Shown here piece after piece: positions 48,755 through 63,419 of a DNA stretch of 64,000 nucleotides (its first letter is position 1; each line of letters starts with the position of its first letter). This DNA is from Eledone cirrhosa (lineage: Eukaryota), in assembly GCA_964016885.1 (NCBI GenBank), contig OZ024757.1:21576001-21640000 (forward strand). The letters are read 5' to 3'. Both the position numbers and the translations under genes were made by a program. A model generated the notes under the pieces. The model had not been told where the DNA came from. It worked only from the letters and a program-made list of their open reading frames with translations, and did no database searches.

Positions 48755-50610
48755 ACCGCCACCACCACCACCACTACTAACACTACTACTACTACCACCA
48801 CCACCACCACTACTAACACTACTACCACCACCACCACCACCACCACTACTAACACTACCACCACCACCACCAGTAGTAGCAGTAGTAGTAGTTATTACTC
48901 TAGTTCCATCTCTGTGTCATCCAGTGCTGTGTAACATCTATTTCATGTTAGGGAAGGGTTAAAGGTGTATATCTCTTATCTCTCAGTGTGGAGTACTGAC
49001 TTAATAAACTACAGGTTGGCTAGCAGAAAAGTACAACACCACCACCTCCACCATTACTACCACCCCCACCACCACCACGTCCACCATTACTACCATCACC
49101 ACCAACAACAACAAAACTAACATTACCACACTCACCACTACCATCAGCACCACCACCATCACCACTACCACCACCACCACTCACCACTACCACCATCACC
49201 ACACTCACCACTACCATCACCACACTCATCACTACCATCACCACCACCACCACCATCATCACACTCACCACTACCATCACCACCGCTACCATCACCACCA
49301 CTATCACCACTACTACCACCACACCGCCACCACCACCACCACCACCACCACTACCACACTCACCACTACCATCACCACCACCACCACCACCATCACACTC
49401 ACCACTACCGTCACCACCACTACCATCACCACCACTATCACCACCACTACCACCACACCGCCACCACCACCACCATCACCACTACACTCACCACACCACC
49501 ACCACCACCACATCAACACCAACAACAACATTATGTTTTCTTTTGAAAGAAAAAAAAATCATACTCAAAGTCGAAAAGAAGATAAAAGACCCTAAAAATA
49601 AAAAAAAGGGGACCAGGACAAAATTTCAAAGGGATCAGGAAGAAGAAGAGGGAACAGGGAAATTTACTCAACACATTGGTGAGGATAAAGAAATGTGGGT
49701 GATGAGTCCCTTAACAGTTTAAAGATAATAGGGTGCTGAAATATCTTTAAGGTACATCTAGGTAAATGGTGGTGGTGTGGTGGTATGGTGGTGGTGTGGT
49801 GGTGGTGGTGATGGTATGTGGTGGTACTGTGGTGGTACTGTGGTGGTGGTGTGGTGTTGGTGGTGTGGTGTGTTGGTGGTGGTGGTGTGGTGGTGGTGTG
49901 GTGGTACGGTGGTGGTACTGTGGTGGTATGGTGGTGGTACTGTGGTGGTGGTGGTGTGGTGTTGGTATTGTGGTGGTGGTGGTATGAAAATGGTATGATG
50001 GTTGTGTGATGATGGTGGTGGTGGTAGTATGATGGTGGTGTGATGATGGTGTGGTGGTGGTGGTATGAAAATGGTATGATGGTGGTGTGATGATGTTATG
50101 GTGGTGGTGGTGTGGTGGTGGTATGATGGTAGTGTGTTGGTATGGTGGCAGTGGTGGTGGTGTGGTGGCAGTGGTGGTGGTGTAGTGATGGTGTGGTGGT
50201 GGTATGATGGTAGTGTGTTGGTATGGTGGCGGCGGTGGTGGTGTGATGGTGGTGGTGGTGTGATGATGGTATGATGGTAGTGTATTGGTATGATGGCAGT
50301 GGTGGTTGTGTGATAGTGGTGTGGTGGTGGTGTGGTGGTGGTAGTGTGGTGGTAGTGGTGGTGGTGGTAGTGTAGTGGTGGTGTGGTGGTGGTGGTGGTG
50401 TGATGATGGTGGTGTGATGATGGTATGATGGTAGTGTATTGGTATGATGGCCGTGGTGGTTGTGTGATAGTGGTGTGGTGGTGGTGTGGTGGTGGTAGTG
50501 GTGGTGTGGTGGTGGTGGTAGTGCGGTGGTGGTAGTGCGGTGGTGGTGGTTGTGGTGTGGTTGTGGTGTGATGATGGTATGATGGTGGTATGGTGGTAGT
50601 GTGGTGGTGG
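48755..50610. repeat. (ACC)n-rich tracts (48755-48872, 49036-49528) and a (GGT)n-rich tract (49768-50610)
   Basis: Direct inspection. Confidence 0.95.
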
Positions 50611-50914
50611 GGAAATCTAGCTACCTGGGTGGCAAACTTATAGAACAAAAAAAAACACACAAAAAAAAAAGATCCAAGAGAAGCAGTAGAGACAGTTGAT
50701 GTGATGGTGGAGTTAGGGTGGAGGGGATCCCACGGGGTGCTGATGGAAGGAACACAGGAAAAGAGGTGTAGTGTGAGGGCGTATGGCTGGGGGTAGGGTG
50801 TAAGGCTGAGGGGGTGTGTAAGTGATTTGGTAATTCAAAACAGGTGTGTTGTCTGCAGAAGTGATGAGGTGTGGATCAGGAGAGGCTTTGGAATTAGAAT
50901 TTACTGTTGCAGAC

Positions 50915-51033
<119 letters not shown>

Positions 51034-51116
51034 TAATATACATCAAATGAATATAAACATATAGGTGTATATATAGGTAAGGGTATATATTATATATATA
51101 TATTATATATTATATA

Positions 51117-51162
<46 letters not shown>

Positions 51163-51284
51163 TAATATACATCAAATAAATATAAATATATAGGTGTATA
51201 TATATATATAGAGAGACAGATAATATATATTATATATACATATATTTGATGTATATAACCTCTGTCTGTCTCTCTCTATCTATA

Positions 51285-51354
<70 letters not shown>

Positions 51355-51631
51355 GAGGGAGGGAGAGATAATTTGTTTAAATAAAACCATAAAATCTTGC
51401 ACGGGATTACCAGGTACAACAATTGTCTGGAGAGAACAGCCATGTTTTCCATTTAAAGAAGAAGAAATATTACACACACTCATAATTTCATTATCATCAT
51501 TTTATGTCCACTTTTCCCTGCTTGCTAGGGTGGGACGGGTCCTCTTCAGCACGGCATCTCTCCATTTGTCACAGTCCTTCATCATCTCTGTGAGCTTCAG
51601 CGATCTGAGGTCAGCTCTCACCACCTCTGCT

Positions 51632-51660
<29 letters not shown>

Positions 51661-51666
<6 letters not shown>

Positions 51667-51856
51667 AAAGGTATGACCCTGACGGCAGAGCTCAAACTGT
51701 TTCGACGGCTATTTCTGGTCAGAAATAGCCGTTGAAACGGCTTGAGCTCTGCCGTCAGGGTCATACCTTTTCCTATTAGCCACTCTACTACCCTAAGTAT
51801 TGAGTACTCTGGTGCGTTTTGGTTCATCTGGTTCCTTACCACACTTCCTTCGTTAT
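51661..51856 (-). mobile_element. Family C fold-back element
   Basis: Arms of about 55 bp plus tail, in (TA)n. Confidence 0.8.
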
Positions 51857-52186
51857 ATATATATATATTCCCAAAAGTCAGCTCAAAAGTGACACATAGG
51901 AGATTGAGGTTAGCTGGACATGCTCACCGACAACCAGTTGACACTGCACTCAGTGCTCCTGTCGGAGCCCCTACATGGACACACTGGAAGAGGAAGACCA
52001 AGGTTAATGTATGTTGATGCCCTAAGGACAGACACTGGTCTGTTGGAGACGCAGGACATGGCAGCGATAAGAGGGACAGAGACCGCTGGAGAGAACTCGT
52101 CCATGGATCTCAGGAATTTTACCCGCCTTAGATATATACACATATAGGCATGTGTGTAGAAAGAGCCAAAGCTTTGTAAATCTATA

Positions 52187-52230
<44 letters not shown>

Positions 52231-52234
<4 letters not shown>

Positions 52235-53438
52235 GGGCGGTATCAAAAAGTTTTTAAAAAAAATAATATATTTACATAGGTTTCAACATCACCTTCTTTG
52301 AAATAGTCACCTTGCCCAGGAATAGACTGGTCTGAGAGTACCTGCCACTTATGGAATCTGGTCAGGAAGTAGTTTTCTGTAAATGAATGAAGGACCTTCT
52401 GCGATTCGTTCTTGCCAATGGTGTTAAAATGGTGACCTTGGAGATGCATTTCCAGTTTGGAGAAGTGATGGAAGTTCGCAGATGCTAAATTTTGCAAATA
52501 TGGCAGGTGCAATAGGGATACAATGTTGTTTTTGGTTAGAAATTTATGAGTGAGGAGAGCTTGGTGACAGAGTGCATTGTTGTCATGAAGAATTCAATTC
52601 TTCACACTCCACAGATCTGGTCGTTTTTTGCCTTATGTCCTCCATCAAACACCTCAAAACGTTGTAGTAGAACCCTCGATTGATGGTCTGGCCCTGGGAG
52701 ATGAATTCTCGATGCATATCCCGAGCTGCGGTTCTGTCATGCCTTCTTTGGTCATGGAGATGAAGGGCTTTTCTACTTTGTTGACTGCTGCTTCATCTCA
52801 GGGTCATACCTTGATATGAAGGATGGGTCATCAGTGGCCAGCAGATGGATATCTTGACAGATTCAACGTGATGTTCTTTCTGTAGGCAGGGGGCAAACTT
52901 GGCAGCAATGCACTGCATGTTCAGTTCATATGTTAGGATTGCCTGTATGGACCCATACGACAGACCGACAACATCAGCAATATCATTGATTATCCTCGTG
53001 CACAAGCTGATTGATTTTCTCCACATTTCTGGGGATGACATTCACGGCAGATCTTCCAGATCGCTCGTCAACTTCCAAGGACATTTTTCCACTTTTGAAG
53101 TGCCCATACCACTCAAAACATTGCGTACAACCCATTGCCTCGTCACTATAATCTTACCAAAGCATGCTCAATGTCTCTGTAGCAGACTTCCCAAGTTGAA
53201 TGCAAAATTTCACGTTGGCTCTTTGTTCCAACTTCCTGTTCATGACAAGGCCGCAGGCTACAGCATACATGTGATCACAAAAACATAAATTCCACAACTT
53301 GTGAAGTGAACACAGCAATGTCACTTAGCACACTGGCGCATCAAGGTCACTGTTAGCTCTCACTGCAGGCGGAACCATGTGTCGCCATCTGATAGCACAC
53401 TACAGAACTAGTCTGGAAACCTTTTGATTACCACCTCA
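52231..53438 (-). mobile_element. Degenerate mariner transposon (DD34D-type)
   Basis: Eroded TIRs (..GGT.ATCAAAA.GTTT); fragments INDIADVVGLSYGSIQAILTYELNMQCIAAKFAP, YLQNLASANFHHFSKLEMHLQG (YSPDLAPxDF-like) and GDYF.EGD. Confidence 0.85.
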
Positions 53439-53487
53439 TTTATAAGAAAGCAGCATGCCTTGGCTCTATTTGGAGAGGATGCAAAAT

Positions 53488-53738
53488 ATCATCATCATCA
53501 TCATTTTACGTGGCACCTCCACGTCCACTTTACAGTGCCGGCTGGGTGCTTTTTTGCCATGGCACCTCCACGACCACTTTGCAGTCCTTATCATCTCATT
53601 TCTACAGCTGAGTAAACTGGAGCAATGTGAAATAAAGTGTCTTGTTCAAGGAAACAACACATCACCCGGTCTGAGAATTGAACTCACAACCTTTCAATTG
53701 CAAGGCCAATGCTCTAACCACTAAGCCATGTGCCTCCA
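53488..53738 (-). mobile_element. SINE-B with deletions
   Basis: Family B consensus. Confidence 0.85.
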
Positions 53739-53847
53739 TATATATATATGTGTGTGTGTATATGTGTATATAAAGAAATATATATATGTAAATAGATATA
53801 ACTTTAAAGTTTATATATATATAAAGAAAAACATATATATATATATC

Positions 53848-54026
53848 TATAGGAACGAGTAGGACCCCGACGGCTGAGCTCAAGCCATTAGTCCAGAATT
53901 AGCCGTCGAAACGGCTTGAGCTCAGCCGCCGGGGTCCTACTCGTTCCTCTTACCCACTCTACTACCCTAAGTATTGAGTCCTTTGGTGTGTTATGGTCCA
54001 TCTGGTTCCTTACTACATTTCTTTTG

Positions 54027-54073
<47 letters not shown>

Positions 54074-54164
54074 TATATAACGAAAGAAATGTAGTATGGA
54101 ACCAGATGGACCATAACACACCAAAGGACTCAATACTTAGGGTAGTAGAGTGGGTAATAGGAAC
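53848..54164. mobile_element. Inverted pair of family C elements around (TA)n
   Basis: 53940-54029 and 54077-54164 are reverse complements. Confidence 0.8.
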
Positions 54165-54278
54165 AAAATATTATTACAAAATTTGAAAATAAAAATAAAG
54201 CAGTATATATTTATATATATATAAATAAATATATACTGCTTTATTTTTATTTTCAAATTTTGTAATAATATTTTGTTT
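54162..54278. repeat. Perfect AT-rich inverted repeat with ~52-bp arms
   Basis: AACAAAATATTATTACAAAATTTGAAAATAAAAATAAAGCAGTATATATTTA and its reverse complement. Confidence 0.9.
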
Positions 54279-54521
54279 TCTATAAAGTGGTTGGCAAGGA
54301 GGAAATTCAACAGCTATAAGTGGAGGAGCTCCTAATTAACATCAATTAATTAAGCACATTAATAATCAGATATAACATACAAACTCAGCTGTTTCAACAT
54401 GTAAACATCCCTGATCTTTTTACTTGATAGGTTTTTGTTTTATATTTTCTTTTACAGTGAGATGATTGCTGTTTATGATGTGTAAATATCATTGGAAGAC
54501 GTTACCATAATATATGTATAT

Positions 54522-54875
54522 ATCATCATCATCATCATCATCATCATCGTCCTTTTACGTTCGCTTTTCCCTGCTTGCAAGGGTGGGACGGGAACTGATT
54601 CTGGCTTGATTTCTACAGCTGGATGCCCTTCTTAACACCAACCTCATTTACAGTGAGTGCTGGGTGCTCTTTTGCCGTGGCACCTCCACGCCCACTTTAC
54701 AGTGGAATGATAGGAACCCCAGTCCTATCATCTCATTTCTACAGCTGAGTAAACTGGAGCAATGTGAAATAAAGTGTCTTGCTCAAGGAAACAACACATC
54801 ACCCGGTCTGAGAATTGAACTCACAACCTTTCAATAGCAAGGTCAATGCTCTAACCACTAAGCCATGTGCCTCCA
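54522..54875 (-). mobile_element. SINE-B, full length
   Basis: Family B consensus. Confidence 0.92.
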
Positions 54876-54921
54876 TATATATATATATATATATAGTGCA
54901 TATTAAAAAAGTGCAGGGCGA

Positions 54922-55460
54922 GCAAAATTGCTGGAAGTTACGGAGTAGGTAGACCCAGAAAAACCTGGGACGATCTGATAAATTCTGACCTTACACACTT
55001 GCACCTCTCTAAGACAATGTCACTGGGCAGAGATCTTTGGCACTACGCAGTAATACAGAAGACCCGCCTTGCCTATGTACAAAGCAAAACCTACAGTCAG
55101 TAGGCATCTCTTAACCTATCCTCCCACTCCCACCAACACCACCCCCTCTCTATAAAGTTGGTACCACAACATCCAGTCCAAATAAATGAGATAATGAGAT
55201 TGAGATCGTGTAGGTGTCACGAGAAAAAACACACAGTCTACGCTGTAATGTGGTCGTGTAGGTAGCACGGTAAAAAGTTCCCAGTTCCACACTGTAAATG
55301 TGGTTGGTGTTAGGAAGGGCATCCAGCCGTAGAAAACCTGCCAGATAGTCCTATATGAGCGAGACACGGTCACCCGACCAACCTTGCCTCAAGTGGGACA
55401 ACTCCCGTCTAACCCATGCTAGCGTTGAAAGTGGATGTTAAACAAGGATGATGATGATGA

Positions 55461-55465
<5 letters not shown>
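54922..55465 (+). mobile_element. RTE LINE 3' end (same family as 4950-5482)
   Basis: High identity to the first copy apart from one replaced internal block. Confidence 0.8.
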
Positions 55466-55497
<32 letters not shown>

Positions 55498-55538
55498 GTC
55501 ATAAATATATATATGAAATATATTATATACATATATGA

Positions 55539-55584
<46 letters not shown>

Positions 55585-55769
55585 GATATATCATATGAGA
55601 GCAAAGTTTTAACATGTAGAAATGTAAATATGGATCCTACAAAATGTAAAAGAAACACTGCCCCGCCCCCCTCTGCTGTTTCCCCCCACCACCATCAATT
55701 GCTATAAGGAGGAGGATGATATAAAATAATTGATAATAAACAATGATGGTTGTGGAGGGGAAGGAGAAG

Positions 55770-55904
55770 TTGATGACGGTGGTGGTGATGACAGTGGTGG
55801 TGATGATGATGATGGTGATGATGATGATGGTAATGATGATGATGATGATGATGGTGATGATAATGGTGATGGTGATGATAATGGTAATGATGATGATGGT
55901 GATG

Positions 55905-55935
<31 letters not shown>

Positions 55936-56102
55936 CGGTGATGGTGGTGATGATGATGATGGTGATGGTGGTGATGATGATGATGGTGATGACGGTAATG
56001 ATGATGATGGTGATGGTGATGGTGGTGATGGTGATGACAATGATGATGATGACAGCGATGGTGATGGCGATGACAATGATGACAATGATGGTGATGTTGA
56101 TA
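55770..56102. repeat. (GAT/GGT)n microsatellite
   Basis: Direct inspection. Confidence 0.95.
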
Positions 56103-56204
56103 ATATATTTTAGCTGATAATATTTAAAAGGTAAAGCTGTGATATTTGAAACAAGAGACATTATAGTTTAACCTTTTCCATAAAAAAAACTCACCTATGA
56201 CGGG

Positions 56205-58310
56205 AATTGGCAGTGGAATGGCAGTATCGGTAGACGGTCGGACGCCATGCTTTGATGCATAGAGTTACGGCCCTTGCCATTCTGAGTTCAAATCCCGCCG
56301 AGGTTAACTTTGCCTTTCATCCTTACGGGGTCGATAAAATAAAGTACCAGTAATGCACTGGGTAATTGCTGGCCTTGTGCCAAAAGTAGAAACAGTTATT
56401 AAAAGGCCTCATATCTAAATTAAAACATTCCATTATAATTTTATGTAAAAAATGTTTTCATTAAGTTATGTTCCAAAGACCAGCTTAGATCTGTTTACTT
56501 CACTAAATGATTTATGATCATTTTTTAAAATTAATTGGAAATACATACGTAGAATGTATTTCATTGACATTATCCTCTTCATTATATTTCTAATGAAGCT
56601 TTGAATCTTAATTAATGAAGAATTTTGAATGATTTACTAAGATTAATTTTGATCAAGATGGTTCTATATAAAATTATACTGGCAGATTTTAATTCAAATA
56701 GGAACTGGTGGTTTTTGAGTGGTTCATTAAAATTATCTTTTTATTATCAAGCTGACATTTGTAACTTGGCATATTTTAACCCTTTAGTTACCAGCGAAGA
56801 CAAAACTAGCTCTGGTTCTATGGAAATAAAACCATCCATGTTAAAGATTTGCAATTTAAATTATTAAATCTTCCAACATAATTTAATATGAGAACCTTTC
56901 ATTAAATTACTATCTTAGTAATAATTAATAAAAATAATTAATAAATGGAGTAAATCCCCCAAAATTCTTCCTTAATTAATTAAAATAGAATGTATTTCAT
57001 TAGAAATGTGGTCATGAAAGGGTTAATTCAAATGAAAATCCTTTAAAACTGGCAGCTTTTAAAATGTTTTATTATCAAGATGATATTTGTAACTTAACAA
57101 ACGATTGACAAGTTCCCAGATCCCATTCCCTTACCAAGTGGGATGGAACTTGTCAAATCGGACCAAGGAAGCAATGTTTCCATTGCTGATACTATCTACT
57201 GGTTGCAACTGCTGGCAGAAAAAGCAGCATGAAATAAAGTGTCTTGCTCAAGGACATAATGCATTGCCCAGACAGGAATGAAACTCAGAATCTCACAATT
57301 GTGAATCCAACTCTCTAAGCACTAAACCACCTTAATAAAAAGTTTTTATATAAAATTATACAAGCAGATTTTAATTCAAATACAAACTCTTTAAAAACTG
57401 GTGATTTTTTTCATAATTTACCAAAAGGGTTTTATTAACAAGATAGAATTAGGCGAGCACGTGTGACATAACCTTCCTTGATCTCGGTTGATAGTATTTA
57501 AAATTCAATTTCAGGGAGATACAGCGTTTCTTGGGCATTTTTATATCTGGCAGAGCCCATCCCTCTCCATAACTGAGCACATCAAACTTCTTCTATAGAA
57601 GGATAGATAGTGAGAGAGGGAGTGAGAAATAGAGGAAGAATTGACACCAATATTATACTGGTACTTTTTTATCGACATCAAATGGATGAAAGCCAAAGTT
57701 GACCTCACTGGGATTTGAACTCAGAGAACAGAGCTGGAACAAATACCCTAAATCTGCTGTTGTAATACCCCTATTGCCACCAACTTCAGATAAATATAAG
57801 CACTTTACAATAAGTAGTTTTATATAGTAAAGCAATGGATGGTTTCATGGGGTTTGGTATCGAAAGAATTAAGACTACATGCGGTGAATTGGCAGTATCG
57901 GTAGAGGGTCGGACGCCATGCTTTCCAGCATAGTTACGTCCCTTCACGGTTTGAGTTCAAATCCCGTTGAGGTTAACTTTGTCTTTCATCCTTATGGGGG
58001 GGGGGGGGTCGATAAAATAAAGTACCAGTAATGTACTGGTAAATTGCTGGCCTTGTGCCAAAAGTAGAAATAATTATCTGATATGATCTTAGACCGGAGA
58101 ATTAGTAGTATCGGTAGAACGTCAGATGACATGCTTTGAAGGAGTTATGCCCCTTTACAATCTGAGTTCAAATCGTGCCGAGGTTAGTTTTACCTTTCAT
58201 CCTTACAGGGTCGATAAAATAAAGCACCGGTAATGCAGTGGGGGTCGATTTAATTGACTTTCCCCTCCCCCTAAATTGCTTGCCTTCTGCCTATAGTAGA
58301 AATCATTATC
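56205..58310 (+). mobile_element. Dispersed SINE-A copies (56205-56400, 57880-58078, 58092-58310)
   Basis: Family A consensus. Confidence 0.85.
56780..57022. mobile_element. piggyBac-like MITE
   Basis: TTAA|CCCTTTAGTTACC ... GGTCATGAAAGGG|TTAA. Confidence 0.5.
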
Positions 58311-58661
58311 TCATATGATCTACCTCTGCTATTTCTAGCAAAGTGAGTGACCACAAAGAGACAGCACCTATTAGGCAAATCATTATGATTGAATGAATAG
58401 ATTAGATCCACATAATAAATAAGATCTATTTTGTGAAATAATTAACCCAGAACACCAGATTTACAAAGATTTACAAATATTTTTCGATTACTTCACGCTA
58501 GATGAACAAAATTGGAGGTATTTGTTAGATAATTGAATATGAAGCCCCGGTCCCACATCTACCCCCTCCCTAGGGGCTAAGGAAGTGGTGATGGTGGGGT
58601 TCATTCTTTATACATTGTATAGAATGATTAATAGATTTGCTCAGGTTAATCTTAGGAATGC

Positions 58662-58712
<51 letters not shown>

Positions 58713-60942
58713 ATATATATGTATATATATATATGTATATGTGTATATATATATATGGAATATATGAAAAATGAATGAAATATGAGAAATGCTGTTTGTT
58801 TATATATTGAAATAAAGAGCAACGAACCATTTGTTGGCTTTTCCAGATCAATAAGCAGCAGATATACACAAAATTTGTGATAGATAAAAACACACACACA
58901 ACCCCCCCAAAGTGCGAGATGCTATGAAATTATTAAACATTGCTACAGGCCGACCATGTTAGTTTGGAATCCTGGATTTCGTTTTAATAGTAAAGTAATA
59001 TCATATTTGTTTGTGTTTGTGTTTTTTTTTTAGCAGCTTTGGTGTTGCTTTTAACTCTCCCTCTTCAGGAATAATTCCAACTGGGAAACCTTTGCAATGA
59101 AACTAAGAAGATTTCCGAAAATGATTAAAGCCGTATCGATACGGAATTATGGAGAGTTGGGTGGGGTGGGTGGTGGGGGGTGAGCTCAGAGGAGGACGTA
59201 GTAGGATGTAATATATTGATCTCTTGCTGTGATGATCATCAGAAAATTATTTTTTAATATTTTTTTAAATATATATTTTTTGTGGGGGAGAGAAGAGGGG
59301 ATATATTTTTTCTTTCAAGCCTCAATGAAAAGACCTATTGTAACACAGCATAGAGATGGTGGGGGGGGAGTAATGGAGGAATTTGTGAATGGATTTAATC
59401 TTACAGCACAGTTCAAGCTATCATCATCCTCATCACCACCACCACTATCACCATTGCTACCATCATCATCATCACCACCATCAACAACACCAGCAGCACC
59501 ACCACAACCATTACCATCACCACCCTCATGTTTTCTCTGACTAAGTCAGTCGCCAAACAGTGCTCCTGACCTTTCAGACAAGCTGTGGGCTTGCATCTTA
59601 CATACATTCCTGCACTCTATTGAGTGCTCAGGGGTCAGAAGCCCATATCTCACTTACATATGTTCCCATGCTCTAACAAGTGCATATTGTCAAGGCACCA
59701 GCACTAGGGAGGTTGTCATGTCTTTCACACAATTGAAGAGCCCTTCTGACCCAATGTTTGGCAGGCTTTCAGTGGCTGGATGTCCTTCCTATCACCAACC
59801 ACTTTACAGAGTGTACTGGGTGTGTTTAACATATGAGAGTAGGCTGACTATGAAGGAGTGATCCTACAGCTGTGAAATCTTGCATGCATTAAATTCCACC
59901 CTTCTTATTGATAACTGCCTTGTTTGTTTCCAGGGAGTATGTTGAAAAATAAACCACATTTGGTCATTCCATGAGAGTATCTTTGTCAGCCTATGAAATT
60001 TTCAGCCGTCCCTCATAGAGCACCAAAAGCAAACAATAAATGCACCCAGTACACTCTTGAAATATTAAAGAGAAATATATGACACTAGGTTTAGTTGGTC
60101 TCTAAGGTTCAGTACCAATATATTTCTGCTCAACTTCAGCAAAATTTCTTCAACGTTTGATGTTTCTATAAAGAAACCATTTCCAAGTAAATACGTACAT
60201 CGACAAAAAGATTACTATGAATTATTTTAGATTGATGGGGATTTTCAGAGTCTCATTTTATTTATTTCCACATTGCTTTGAAAGTAAGAATGTAAGAAGA
60301 AATAGAAGAAAAAAAATGAAATATTTCTTTGACATTGTAATATATTGAAGAATATATATATATATATATAGTGATTGGCATTGCTAATATCATTGAACAT
60401 CTAAGATAAGTTGAAGATATTGCTGTTATATTGAAGATAAACTTCAATATATTCTATAGAAGATACAATATATACACCATACCACAAGAATATCTTTAAA
60501 AAAAACAACAAAAAACAGGAGATTATGGGAAAGAAAATTGAAAAGAAATAACAAATCAACAACAACATATCAAAAGGATTAGAATATACTTTGTTGAAAT
60601 ACGAATGATTTATGAGTAAACAGAATCCATAAATTGCTAAAATATCTTTGTTGTAGTCACATAGTGTATTACCAAACCTAAATAGTATTGTAGAGATAGG
60701 AAGTTAGTGAAAGAAATATCACTGACAACAAGATCTTTTATTTACATTAGAAGGGTTAATGTGAGGATTTTATTTATGTTAGTTTTATTTATGTTGTTCA
60801 TTGATACAAGGCAATGAAATGGTAGAGTTGTCAGAACGGCAGATAGAATACTTTGTAGTATTTGTTTCAGATAACTGTATACTGAGTTGAAATCTTGCTA
60901 TGATAAACTTCACCATTCATCTGTTGAAGGTCGATAAATAAT

Positions 60943-61490
60943 GATTTCTAGTATAGGCACAAGGCCAGTAATTTGGGGGAGGGGGGGGGGTCAATTAAAT
61001 AAACCCCAGTACGTTACTGGTACTTTATTTTATCGACCCCGTAAGGATGAAAGGCAAAGTTAACCTCGGCGGGATTTGAACTCAGATCATAAAGGGACGT
61101 AACTCTTTGCTGCAAAGCATGGCGTCCGACCCTCTACTGATGCTGCCAATCCACAACAAATAATTGTTTCTACGTTAGGCACAAGGCCAGCAATTACCCA
61201 GTGTATTACTGGTACTTTATTTTATCGACCCCGTAAGGATGAAAGGCAAAGTTAACCTCGGCGGGATTTGAACTCAGAATGGCAAGGGCTGTAAATTTGA
61301 TTTGAACTCGGGCCGTAAAGGACCGTAACTCTATGCTGCAAAGCATGCTGTCTGACTCTACCGATACTGCCAATCCACCGCCCTTGAGGTCGATAAATAA
61401 TTGTTTCTACTTTAGGCACAAGGCCAGCAAATTACCCAGTGCATTACTGGTACTTTATTTTATCGACCCCGTAAGGATGAAAGGCAAAGT
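60943..61490 (-). mobile_element. Three minus-strand SINE-A copies nested in an older plus-strand copy
   Basis: Family A reverse complement; GTCGATAAATAAT repeated at about 60930, 61389 and 61489. Confidence 0.85.
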
Positions 61491-62164
61491 CGATAAATAA
61501 TAGAACCAGTCCATAACTGGGGACAATTCTTCCTCTGTATCCCTTTCTCACTTCCTCTCTAACTCTCTCTCTCTCTCTCTAACTCTCTCCATCTCTCTGG
61601 AATAAATCAGCTGCGTTCAGACCTGGTGAGGGGATGAGCTCCTCATAAGTCCATCGGAGAATTAAACCCCTAGCTATTTGCTGGTACTCATATTCAGCTG
61701 TGTGTACTGGAGCAACATGAAATGAAGTGTTTTGCTCAAGAACACAGCACACAACCCAGGCCAGCAATCGAACCCACAACATTATGATTGTAAGTCCAAC
61801 ACCCTAATCACAGGGCCATCCTTTGGAGGTCACTAAAGAAAAAAATACCAGTCCAGTACTGGGGCCAATTCTTCTTGTATATCTCCTTCTCACTTCCTCT
61901 CTGGAAGAAATCAGCTGTGTTCAGACCTTACTAGGGAACGAGCTCCATCAGGTTTAAAGTCCCCAAAACATGCTGTATGTCACTACAGGGCCTCTATACA
62001 AGCAACTCCATCAAGAATTAGGGACATTGAAGAGAGAATTTGATACACCTTCACACCCATCTCTCAGCAGCTGCTCCTAATCGAGCAGGACTTGGTGTCA
62101 GAGTTCCTTTTGTTTTCTTTTTAAATAATTATGATTATATAATGAAAAAACTCCAATTAATCTT

Positions 62165-62560
62165 CATGCTATCATGAGACTCTAGATCAAAGGTACTGAC
62201 ACCACCACACCACACCACACCTCCAGATATTACAGAATGCAGCTGACAGGGCCAGTCTGTTCTGGTTCTTTCTATCATGAGACTGTAGACCAAACGTACT
62301 GACACAACCACACCACCAGATATTACAGAATGCAGTTAACAGGGCCAGTGTGTTCTGGTTCTTTCTCTCATGAGACTGTAGACCAAACGTACTGACACAA
62401 CCCCACCACCAGATATTACAGAATGCAGCTGACAGGGCCAGTGTGTTCTGGTTCTTTCTATCATGAGACTGTAGACCAAACGTACTGACACAACCACACC
62501 ACCAGATATTACAGAATGCAGTTAACAGGGCCAGTATGGTAGATCTGGTTCTTCCTCTGT
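62165..62560. repeat. 93-bp tandem repeat, about 4 units, alternating variants
   Basis: CATGAGACT at 62173, 62276, 62369 and 62462; GCTGACAGG and GTTAACAGG alternate. Confidence 0.92.
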
Positions 62561-62981
62561 TTAATCCTTGTTCTAACACACACATGTACATAAAACTAAG
62601 GATTTTTTAATTTAAGTACAAAGCCAATAATTTGTGGAGAGGGGGAAGTTGATTAAATCAACCCCAGTACTTGACTGGTACTTTATTTCACCAACTCTAG
62701 AAGGATTTGAACTCAGAACATAAAGGGACATCACTAAATACTGCAAAGCATTTTGTTTGAAGCTCTATTGATTTAGGCACAAAGCCAACAAGTTGATTAT
62801 ATCAACCCCAGTACTTAACTGGTACTTATTTTTATTGACCCCAGGAGGATGATAGGAAAAGTTGACCTCGGCAGGATTTGAACTCAGAATGTAAAGAGTT
62901 GAAACAAATACTGCAAAACATGTTGTCCAATGCTCAACCAGTTCTGCTAATCTACTGATGAAACATGTACACCAAATTAAT

Positions 62982-63168
62982 TGTTTCTACTTTTAGGCAC
63001 AAGGCCAGCAATTACCCAGTGCATTACTGGTACTTTATTTTATCGACCCCTTAAGGATGAAAGGCAAAGTCAACCTCGGCGGGATTTGAACTCAGATCGT
63101 AAAGGGACGTAACTATGCGGGAAAGCATGGCGTCCGACCCTCTACCGATACTGCCAATCCACCGCCCT
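62982..63168 (-). mobile_element. Young SINE-A with a 19-bp target-site duplication
   Basis: ACATGTACACCAAATTAAT at 62963-62981 and 63169-63187. Confidence 0.93.
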
Positions 63169-63419
63169 ACATGTACACCAAATTAATACTCTCAATCAAA
63201 TTAAGGTGATGTCCCTCCTTTTAGATCAATAATTATCTGTTCAATATCTGTTCTGATGCAGTTTATCTAAAACCAGTTTTAGACACAGTTTACAGACACC
63301 TTATGTCTTCAAGATATTCAATATATTTGAAGAATTTTGTGGCTTCTTGGTGGAGATTGGTTTAGTTGAATTGGTAGAGGAATTAGATATATTTAGAACA
63401 TATACTGTATAATATAAAG

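Noticed and set aside
56189-56215. Second recursive splice site (CATAG|GTGAGT, minus)
   Set aside because: The upstream tract is the antisense SINE-A head and a poor polypyrimidine tract
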